Shown piece by piece: positions 1 through 10,418 of a stretch of DNA of 64,000 nucleotides. How positions within the stretch are numbered: position 1 is the stretch's first letter; the number at the start of each line of letters is the position of its first letter. Below the pieces are notes generated by a model. It saw only the letters and a program-made list of their open reading frames with translations. It was not told the DNA's origin and searched no databases. A program made the translations under genes and the position numbers. Source of the stretch: Kondoa subrosea (Eukaryota); contig BCIN01000006.1 in assembly GCA_039545335.1 (NCBI GenBank), positions 248,001 to 312,000 on the forward strand, in the 5' to 3' direction.

Positions 1-236
1 GTAGCCAAAGCGGGTGCAGAGGCTTCTAAGCCACTCCTAAGTTTAGCAATAGCTTCAAATGCCTGACTAATCTTCTCCCTTGCTGCTTTGTTGTGCTCCT
101 CAGCTGCATTCGAATCTGAAGTTCCAGCATGACCCAATAAAACAGAATGTTGGATTGGAGGTAGTGCAGCTCTAGCAGTATCTACTGAAGATAGGGCCGA
201 ATCCAACAGCGCTATTTGAGCCTTGAGCTGATCCAT
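1..236 (-). CDS. 5' part of a hypothetical helical protein (runs off window start)
   Basis: Minus-strand ATG at 236 opens MDQLKAQIALLDSALSSVDTARAALPPIQHSVLLGHAG...REKISQAFEAIAKLRSGLEASAPALA with no stop to position 1; amphipathic helical pattern. Confidence 0.65.
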   Translation of the reverse strand, partial: MDQLKAQIALLDSALSSVDTARAALPPIQHSVLLGHAGTSDSNAAEEHNKAAREKISQAFEAIAKLRSGLEASAPALA

Positions 237-285
237 TTGTCTTGTGATTTGTGGAAGTTGGCGAAGAACCGTCTGCACAGAGATA

Positions 286-1204
286 ATGGCTAGACCTAGA
301 CCTATATTGGTGCGACCTAGAAGATCTCTCTGGACTTGGGCACTCTTTGCACCAGTCTTGCTCGCTTTGCTTTACGCTACATTTTCATTAGCAGACAGCA
401 TAAAAGTGAATAACCTTTCCCCGCGTCGCGTTTCTATGTGCAGCGACTGATGAAACGCAATGTGTAGGAACGATGGTATATCTTTGATCACAAGCAAGTA
501 CACGAATTAGCGCAAAGAGCTATTGACAACAATCCAAACAATACTCGAGCTGTGATCAATGAGATCGTCTCTTCCCTTGTCGAAACTCATGGTCCAGCTA
601 TTAATACCAGAGAAGAATGGTTCTTCAATAATGCTGGAGGTGCAATGGGTGCAATGTATGTAATTCATGGTGAGTCTTTCTCTTCTTCGCCTTGTATATG
701 AATGAGCTTTAAATGTTGGTACAAGCGAGCATAACGGAATACCTGATCATCTTTGGTACTCCATTGGGAACAGAAGGTCATTCAGGAAGACATTGGGCTG
801 ATGATTATTTCACAATCTTGGAAGGAGAGCAATGGGCTTTCGAAGCAGGCGAATTAGGAATGAGAGTATGTCTTCGAGTCCCTTTGATGAGTTTGAGCTG
901 AGATCTGATGGAATGACTTGAATTAGAGGTATCCAAAAGGTTCAGTAAATCATATGCCAAGAGGTGTCGTGAGGCAGTACAAAATGCATGAAGGCTGCTG
1001 GGCATTGGAACTAGCTCAAGGTCAGCTTCTCCATGACGTGCGAGAATATATACTTACTGTGAAGGTATAGGCTGGATTCCACAAATGATGCCTTTCGGTT
1101 TGCTGGACGGCTTGACTTCCACAGCGGATTTCCAAACATTATACGACACCATACGGATATCAGCTAGGGAAACTATTGCTAATCTGTTGAGGGGAAAGAT
1201 ATAA
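286..1204 (+). CDS. ERG2: C-8 sterol isomerase (sigma-1 receptor family), multi-exon
   Basis: Spliced product has an N-terminal TM segment and [51 protein letters not shown]; ends LLRGKI*. Confidence 0.95.
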
Positions 1205-1271
1205 ACTTGACGAAATGAAGAAATTAATATTGGTAGCCCTTACTCAACTCCAGGAAGCCTTTGTCTTCTCT

Positions 1272-3069
1272 TCATTTGAGCGAAATGTTGCGAGTGATAT
1301 GATTCCAAAGAGATTCAATAGCTTCTCTATCGATACCATATTTCCAGACGAGAATAATTTCGACTCCATTTTGGACCTTGATGCAATCAATTGAGCAACG
1401 CAAGAGGCGAGTTTTCGAAGGTGGTTCTACCAAGCCTTGAGTTTGACGCCTTCTAGCAGCTCTGGTCCATGTTATCCGATCGGCTTCGAGCAAGAAAGCG
1501 TTCTCTTGCACGGTAGTGATAGTCAGATGGCAGTCGCGTAAAGCTTTTTGAAGTAGTTCAGAGATCTTGTTTGAAGTAAGAGAGGTATTTAGAGAAGAAC
1601 GAAAAGTATTAGGTTTGGGCATAAATTTGCTCAATGACCCGAGCTCGCTTTGAGTGTAACTCTGTCCGAGATTGTCAGCGTAGATATGTATGAGCGAATA
1701 ATGATCTTACATCCAATAAGCGGTTCGAACGTCGAGACCACGCAACAACCCAGCGCTTTGTTTGTGCTTGCTGAAGTTCCGCAACAGCATAGTTGTCGAT
1801 CTGGATGCAAGGTCAGTCTGAAAATCAATTATATCGCAATACAGACCTTGTGACTCTTTAGACAGGTGACAATAGTAGCCAAGCTGGAGTATTTGCCTAA
1901 TAAAGTCGTAAACCAGCTACACGAGGTCAAATTGCTTCACAAGAGAGTGGAAAGACCTACCGAATGTTCTCGATATACAACGACTCGTTAATCATACGAG
2001 TCACGAAGCCAGTTTCTCCTCCATTGGTGATCATTTCCACTTCTGCACCGGTACAAACCTGATAGACTGTCAAAGGAGGGACAAAGCATCTACGAGGTTG
2101 ACCAACAGATGAAGGACGAGCATCTTTAAAGCTTGCGCTGGATTCGATATCTTCCTTCGAGCTGTAAAAGGGAGGGTTACACATTGTGAAGTCGAACCTA
2201 AGTATACGCATCAATATGAGGCAGAACGAGCTGCGACTTTCAAGCTCACTCAGGAGCAGAACTAAGTAGCTCTGAAGTGTATATTGGTCCATCAGTAGTC
2301 GAGAGGAGCAGCTTGATCTGGTGCTCTAGACTGTTCCGCCGGATGTTCTCTGCTGCATAGATCAAAGAGTCCGGATCTATGTCTATTGACTTCACTGATA
2401 AGGTGAATGCCTGTCGACGGGAAATAGGACTTACCAGTTGCTGACATGCTCAAATTCGGCATCAAAGTAGTAGCTAAGAGCGGATAGATCGCAGAAGCGC
2501 CAGTTCCGCTGTGGGCCATCAGCAGGCATGTTGACAATTGAACATATCAGCCTACATATCGATGCCATGCTTTGGTTCTGCAGTAGAATCGCAGACATTG
2601 CTAAGCAGATCTTGAATCCACAAGATATAGTCGAGCCTATCTCTTGATTGAGCATGTTGTGTTCTCCGATTCAGCGTGCTTACCGATTTGCCAGCTAAAA
2701 CTATTGCCTTAACGAAAATAAGCACAAACATAAAACAACATACAGTTGGACATAAACGATTTTCAGGCAGATGGACATCCAGCGAGAAGTCCTTTCGAAG
2801 AAGGGTCCTTGTCAATGCCCTGAGAAGACGAAAGACAGGAGACGTGAGAAAGGAACAAGGAGTCTGCTCGAGCTGCTTCACCTGAGCGCTTTCTCATTAT
2901 GGAAATCAATGTATGGCTTTCCAGAAGAGGTACGAAAGACACTACTTAAGTACTTAGAAGAAAAAATGCAGAACACAGCGATGCAGACAGACAATGGCAG
3001 GAAATCAGGATCATAAGCAGCTAAGGCATCAAAGTCTGGCGCATTAACGTAGTGATTACGCGAATGCAT
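1272..3069 (-). CDS. METTL16: METTL16/RlmF-family RNA m6A methyltransferase (U6 snRNA methyltransferase-like)
   Basis: MHSRN..PDF..LA, LPENRLCPT, RLDYILWIQDLL, GTGASAIYPLL (SAM binding), FDFTMCNPPFY (catalytic NPPF) and EMITNGGE across several exons. Confidence 0.9.
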
Positions 3070-3522
3070 CGAAGTGTACGCTATGAAGGTAGAGTGCGCT
3101 AAAGTGTGGCTGTCCAGAGCAACATCCTTTCAATTTCTGAGCACTCGGATTGTCATAGAACTGTCATGATATGGAGGACGCGTTCTCTGGCTGCTCTACC
3201 AATGATGGCTAGCTTCATGAGCTACGCAGATCATCCAGACTGCACTGTCTTTCTCTCGTTGTGGTCTTACATAATGTCAAATCTGGCTCTGAATCTCGCC
3301 TGATATTGCTTCTTCTACTCTCTTTGGCCTGGTTATATGGAGCAGTACTGTTGCTCTGTCATTCACGCCTACGTTTACTTTCAGCGAAAGAGGTTTCCCT
3401 TGCTAACTGGCCTGGCGGTCGAATCACGAACTTGTGCCTATGTTATGTGCCTCATTAGTGCTCAGATATGAAGCAGTCGTTTGTTTCTCTTCTCTTGGTC
3501 TTCTCGTACTACATTTTCCGAT

Positions 3523-5738
3523 ATGGTACACACGTCTTCTCGAAAGATGAATCTTCGAGTTGTCAGAACTGCCAGATCTAAGCATTTTATTCGGTCTGCT
3601 TTACTCAAATGTATTGCTCTGGCTCAATATCATCTGGCGGTCGTCGCTGGTATCTTCCTGCTCTGCATCTCTCTGGTCATCGGCTCTTCTTTCGTCGATT
3701 TTTCACATTCCGCTGCATTAGTCAACATTCCTTCCCTCGTCATTGCGCCTGTCATCGAATCTACTGTATTAGTCTCTGCTATCGATATCTGCCCTCGCCC
3801 AGCTCAAGTCCTGCTTCGACTGCCTCCAACGAATTGGTGGGATTATGAGATATGTGATCGTCAGGAAACAGGTGTTTTGCATCAAGTATGTTTTGCATTC
3901 CTGGTTTCTTGATGACATGACTAACATTCTTTATCCAGGTTGAACAGGTCGAGAACAAGAAAGCCTCAGCTGAATTACAATTAGCCAACAAACAATCAGC
4001 TGCAGCTCTATCTGACTCAGTACATCTTCGCAAAGTAGTCTCTCAGCTTTCCTCTTCCCTCGCTTTCGTTCGCTCTGATCACGATCACCTTATTGCGCAA
4101 GCGAAGTCTAGCGAACTCTTTGCAAATGCAACTCGCTCTGACTTGGAAGCATCTCTTCTTGTGCGATCTCGTCTACAGGACAAGATCACAGGACAAGATG
4201 AAGTGATCGCTTCTCTGGTCAAAGATCTAGCTTCTCGCACTCTACCGGAACAGAAGCGTCACGCAATCACTAAAGAAGCTCTTCGCGCTTCCCGATCTGA
4301 CCTTAAATCACTTCAAACTCAGCACGCAAAGACTCAAACTGATCTGCTGCAAGCTAAGCGAACTGTTGCCAGATTCGAAAGCGAAGAGCAAGCTTGGAAA
4401 GAAACCAAATTCGATCTTTCTATTACCAAGATGTCTCTCAAGCAAGTTGAAACGAAGAACACGGATCTAGAACAAACGTTAGCTGCGGCATTGAACAGAA
4501 TTTTCGAGTTCACTACCTCTCAAGCTGTTTCGAAGGAAGCAATGGCTACCCTACAAAGAGAAGTCAAATCGCATCAAACTTTGATTGACAGCTACAAGAA
4601 ATCACTTTCACAAGCTTATCGAAAAATAAATAGCTTAGAAGGCGGGAATGCGATCTGGGATTCATTGATGTTCATGTTTGGATGCGCTGGCTTCTTGTGT
4701 TTGGTAATGGTTTGGAGAATGGGCAAGTCTGATTGCTGGTTCCGAGGCAGTCAGTTGCTTCCTTCCTCGTTTGTCGAATCTGTGCTAAATCTATTGATTG
4801 CAGTCATCCTCTGGTGGTTCGCATCTGTTGATGCCGATGCAAGTAAAGGAAGAACTTTGCAACAGCCAAAGGCAAAGAAGACCGCTCGCTTTACTCCAAA
4901 TGCACCTTCTCCAGCTTATCTTCGCACTCCTGGAATCGCTACCCATGAAGTTGAACTGAACCTCATTCTCGAAACTCTTTCTACTGTTTCCCCTGCTGTC
5001 GAAACCATTGTCACCAGAATCAACAACTCGGAGAAGGTCGACACTTCCATTATCTCGCAACAGCTCACTTCAGCTCAGCAACAAGTCAATCTCTTCGAAA
5101 CCGCTTCGTCGCCTATTCTCCACAAGCTGAAACGAACTTTCTCCAGCTATATCTCTTCCCTCTCTTCGCGCATTCAAGATGCTCAGATAAGCTGCACTTA
5201 CAAATCCACTGTCAAGACTGAGAAGCTCAACTTGAAATGCAGCATTGAGAAGAAGAATTCAGCTCTTCGCGATCTTCAAACTCAATTGGCAGTTTCCCGA
5301 GTTGAATCCGATGCACTGAAAGAAGAAATCGCTACCTCATCTACTTACTCAGCCGTTTCGAAAGACTTGGCTCAAGTTCATAAACTTCATCTCAATCTTA
5401 TCCAAAGTTACGAAAACAGATTGCAAGCCTTCACTACTCGGATCATTGATGCTGCTTTGAACGATGGCAAGCTACCAACATTGACAGAACTAGAAGTGGT
5501 AGAAGATTGGTTATATGATCAAGAAGATGCTTTGAACGCTTTGGAATTGAACGATGAAGTATCAAAAGCAGCTCGAGAACTGGCTATCGAGAACTTCAAA
5601 TTGATAGAGGATCGAATACTTGGATTGAAAGAGAGCAAGGAATTGGTTCTAGCCGCGATCGCAAAAGAGGTTGAGAGGAAAGCAGTTGTGGCAGCAGAAG
5701 CTGAATTGAAGAGGCAAAAGAAGAGAAACAAGTGTTGA
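3523..5738 (+). CDS. Orphan ~720-aa membrane-anchored coiled-coil protein
   Basis: ATG 3523; intron 3886-3938 (gtatgt..ctaac..ccag) joins in frame to the 531-aa ORF 4143-5738; hydrophobic segments near the N-terminus and mid-protein, long heptad-rich stretches. Confidence 0.75.
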
Positions 5739-6299
5739 GATTAATGTAAGTTGTCTTATATGGGCTCTCTTATTCTTGCTGACTTTCGTTTTCTAGAACA
5801 GGCTGGCCCTTAAATCTGTCGATAGCTTGTCAAATTTGGTCTCGTTCTCGGCTGCGCAATACCCTTACAATATTCAATATTCAAAACGCCACTTATTCGA
5901 CACATAGAAGACTCGGTACACGGACACTCAGAAAAATGAATACCTCGATAATGCAGAAGTTGGTACCTATACATTTCAACGATCAAAATCTTTTCATGGT
6001 AACTTTCTCGCTTGCTCATTGTTTTCTGATTCTTTCCAGATCTCCTTCCTTTTGGTCTCCTGTGGTCAGGTTGCTTTCGATGTTCGATGCTGTATGCTTC
6101 AGCTGTCTCGTTTTGGCGAGCTCTAGGGACGGCAGGGTCAGTTCACTTCATCTCTCTCTCAAATCTAAGCTCATTCTTCTTCTTTCTCGCTCTAGTCATT
6201 AAAAAGACCCCCTGCTTCACAGTTCCTACGTCTAGCGAAAGCTGGCGAAAAACCAAAACGGGCAGACGATTCTCCTTTACACCCTCGAAGGTTTAGAAC

Positions 6300-6850
6300 G
6301 TCGTTGGCGATGGTCTCAGAAAAGTGAGCATCGCGTAGAGCATTAGGCAAGGGCCCCAGGGGTGAGTTTACCTTTGGACACTACGGGAGATCTGAGCTGA
6401 TTTTACGAGTTCGAAATTTAGGTTGGCATATCCGCTGAACCCCTACAAATTCACTCGTCCAACTTGATTCAGCTGAAGCATTATATCATTGTGGGTTTTT
6501 ATACATGGAGCGTCTTTCGATTCTGACAAGTATCGATAGGAACATTGAAGCAACTTGATCATGGAAGGCTAGGAAGACGATCGGGAAGGATCAGAAGACA
6601 CTAAGCTAGTGAAGAGATTGCTGTGCAGGATGGAGAGCAATAAGATTGTGAAGAGCCCAAGGAAGCGGCATCGAGGTAGAGATCGTTCCGACGAAAGTCG
6701 TACCGTTTGGAGATGTATGCAGGCCAATTACTATATTTGCAATAGCAATCTTGTACAGTGGACTTGCTCTCAATGCTCTGGTACTTCTACACGCTACTCC
6801 GCTTCGGCAGTCCATGCAGATCCCTCTTATGATGTCTCTCAATAGAAACA
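6300..6850 (+). pseudogene. Spliced relic or non-coding transcript with in-frame stops
   Basis: Canonical-looking introns 6362-6421, 6491-6539 and ~6715-6758; the spliced frame reads VGISAEPLQIHSSNLIQLKHYIIEH*SNLIMEG*EDD...KLVKRLLCRMESNKIV. Confidence 0.35.
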
Positions 6851-7188
6851 GCCTAATACACGCTAGTCTTGCTTTGTCGTTCGATTGTGTTGTGGCCTAG
6901 CGCGCTCCTCACTCTTGGACAGTGGAGCTTCTCTACTGCGCACTACAAGCTTAACGATTTGACAAGGGTCTCCTGTCGCGGGGCATCACTGATTCAATCT
7001 TCGAACATTTCATTACTTGGCTAGAAACCACCAGCAAACAAGGCTAAAGCTGAACAGATACCCTGCGCTCAATGGCGCCATAGAGAGCTGCTCCCCGATA
7101 CCTTTGCAAAAGCAGTTCAAACGGAATAGCGGCCACTTCATTGATTCTTCGCAGCTTCACCGCCAGCGGGTAGTGCTACAGTAGTGCC

Positions 7189-10100
7189 ATGACAGAAGTT
7201 CTGCAAGACTACAATGGCGGCGCTGGCTACAACGCGCATCATCAGATGCAGCCAAAACATCAAACCAGTCCTTCGTTGGCTTCGCGCTATTCTTTTATAA
7301 CAGCCCAAGAACAGCACTCAGCAGGTCTCTCGACTGGTACAGAGGCAGATGGGACAGATCAAAGCAGGCGTGAGATGGATCTGGACGATGCATCGCCTCG
7401 CAAAAACAGCTTGCTCACCGCTACCTTGGATTCACCTCAACGCCTGCAAACCGTCAACGAAGCTTCTTCTTCTGCTTCATCATCTTTAGGCGAGACAAAT
7501 TCAGCCTTGCAGCCCCTTCAGCCTTTGACAACGCGCTTTTCGAATAATGCGCTCAAAGCCAAACCTTCAAGAGCTAGTCTTCTTACTGCTACTGACTTTG
7601 ATTCAGAGTCTCCTTTACCAAGAGGAGCACCAAGCTATCCACCAGTCAGCCCTATTCCTATATCCCCATCAAGCGGGAGACAATCGCCTGCACAGATTTA
7701 CGCCAATTCTCAAGGATCACGACATCAACTACAGAACAGAGCCTCTCAGATGTCACTCAACCCTAGCTCTTCTGGTTATCCTCTACCTTCGTTTGATGCA
7801 ACCATGAATTTTGGGTCAAATTCACCTTATCCGCCGCTTCGCACACGTTCCTCTTATGCGGCACTGGAAGTCACCAATAATCTACCTATGCATCCATCAG
7901 CATTAGATACAACACCTTCTCTTTCTGCACCCTTTCCACCAGATGAACCTCAAACTCATCTACCTCGATCTATTTCTCAAACTTCTTTCTCATCCAAACA
8001 GCAACCGCCTCGTCGTTCTTCTTCTCGCCTTAACCTTGAACCAAATCTAACTCCAATAGTGACCAATTCTTTCTTCCCTTCACCAGAAGAAGCATCCACT
8101 TCTCGCTTGATGCCTTTAATGCCAGCGCAACAAGAAATATGTGTGGAATGTATGATGAGGGATAGAGATATGGTTGATGTTGATGTGACTGGTTCTGGAG
8201 TCTGGGAAAGAAGCAGTGATGCGGATTACTATGAACGCATGCAGCAAGAAGAAATGGAAGCTGAAGCTGATGAAAGAGCTGCTTTGAAGAGTAGACATAG
8301 TCATGTTAGCATCAATGGAGGTGGAACGGATGAAGGTGGCGGTAGTTTGAATGGCAGTGGAAGTGCTCATGGAAGTTTGGAGAGGAGAGAAAGGTTAGGC
8401 AGGAAACTCAAGAGATTGGGTAAAGGTCATCCTTTGACTGCTGCTTCATTGAAGTTGTGGACGAGCATGGTCAGTCGAGGTCTTTCAACCTTTGGTGAAA
8501 CAAGATCTGAAATTTCACGACCTGACAGAACATACCTGCTTCGAATCATCGTTGGCGGACTTTGCAGCAATTCATCGCAGAACAAGCTCAAATACTCGAT
8601 ATACAAAGCAATGCAAGGTTAATAGCTCAGCAAGAGCAAATGATGTCAATAGATCAATCGCCTAATTCACAAGCAAGACCGATTCCCGTGAAATCTGCTT
8701 CGTCCGATTTCGCTTCGCAACGCCAACGCGCTCATTCAACTACTGGGTCGCCGACTCGCACAAGAGACAAAGGTGATCATACAAAGAGGACAGCCGAACA
8801 GCAGTCGCGAAAGCAAAGAGCAGCACCTTTAGATATGGATTCAGCTTATCGCAGTACTCTCCTCACTCCTTCTCTTTCTGTAAACCAAATGTTGTCCGAT
8901 GGCCAATCACGACCCGATTTAGACTCCTTCAGACGCTTCTCAAGTCCAATGCCTAAGTTTGCTCCATCTTCACCTCAACAGCCGAATGGCTCTAGAAACG
9001 AATTCTCGCATAGTTCGACAGATCTACGAGGTTCTGCTTCTTCAATGTTTCCTCGCAGCGCCTCTCCGGGTCGTTCTTCAATAGCTTCACGCGAAAGACC
9101 AAAGTCTTTCTGGAGTTTAGGTCGTCGGAAAGGTAGAAACAGCAATACTGGATCCATGGTCTCGTATGCTCCATCTGGATCAATGCAAGATATGCACCTA
9201 GGCCTATTTCAAGAAAGAGAGCTGCCACCATTACCATTGGGAGCGATGGCTGCAAGCGAAATGGCAGCAGATCCTGATATACCTGACGTGAGATCTACTC
9301 TGCAGCCTGAAGACGCGCAGAAGAAGAAAAAGAAGAAGGGCTTCAAGAACTTCTTTTCCAAGCTGGTGTCTCCCAAATCAGAACATGCGGACCCAATGAG
9401 TTCTGTACCTTCTCCTACTTTCGAAGAGCCTCGCTACTATGGTCCACGGGAAGAAGATTATTACTCTGAACCTCTTCAACCGCCTGTGAGTTCCCGCTGT
9501 TTGATTTCGATTCATCACTGATTTGTGCCTCTTAGGTACCTTTCTATCTGTCCTCGCAAGCACTACGGCATGATCGATCAGCTTCTAGCTCTTCCCAGAG
9601 CTCTTCACCTCATTCGCCTCAACAGAATCGGATGTCTTTCCTTGCTTCAGCTTCGCCAGAAATGACTCGGATCAAGTCACGGGATACAGGCAACTTTCTC
9701 GACTCGCCTACACTCATCTCTCAACCGGACTTTTATGGACCCCCCAATAAGATGCCGCTCGATTTTGTTCCAGACACAAGGCAAAGTCAATCATATCCAC
9801 CTGTTCGCGAATTGCGCCGGGAGAAATCGCTACCTGCACTTCCACCAGATGCATCAGACGGGTGGAATCAAGACAACAGACGCGCTTCCACACTTCAGTC
9901 AAGCGATGAGCGCGAAGATTATGAAACGACAATTGGTGGCGGACCGAAAAGCGCTGCTGCTCGTAAGAAGACTCGGACCAAAGTTTTCAGTCTTGCATCT
10001 TTTAGAAAGTCATCGACCGTGTCAGACCATGCTGGTAATGGATCTGTCAACAGCGAGAAATTCTCGCAATATCGGTGTGTTGGCCTTTATTCGGGCAAGC

Positions 10101-10196
10101 CATCTCAAGCTGAAATTGTGCAGTAGATATCCCAGCTTGTCGAGTATAGAGTATCAGGCTAGTAGACATTCCGACAAGGACTCTGTGCGATTTTGA
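7189..10196 (+). CDS. Large Ser/Pro-rich hypothetical protein with a short ordered motif (EICVECMMRDRDM)
   Basis: ORFs 7189-8622, 8562-9521 and 9632-10126 are joined by short introns (~8470-8528, ~9487-9535, 10075-10123/10126); the last exon reads YPSLSSIEY...VRF*. Confidence 0.8.
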
Positions 10197-10418
10197 ACAT
10201 TTAATATTGTCTTTCGTAATTGGTTCGCCTTGTTGTATTGTAATTATTGAGCTCTACTGAGAGTCACAACCTTGAATTCCTAACGACAAGATACAATTGT
10301 TTCAAAGAAGATCTGATAATATACAATGGAAGCGAAAGAATGCATAGAAACCCTTTTACATTGAATGTCCGCTCATAGCGATTCTTTTTTTCTTTTCTGG
10401 AAGTATCATTCTTGCTGC

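Noticed and set aside
1272..3069. METTL16 target nonamer (TACAGAGAA) in nearby genes
   Set aside because: Only partial matches (TACAGAGC, TACAGAAAG/T) were noticed by eye; none had the full consensus.
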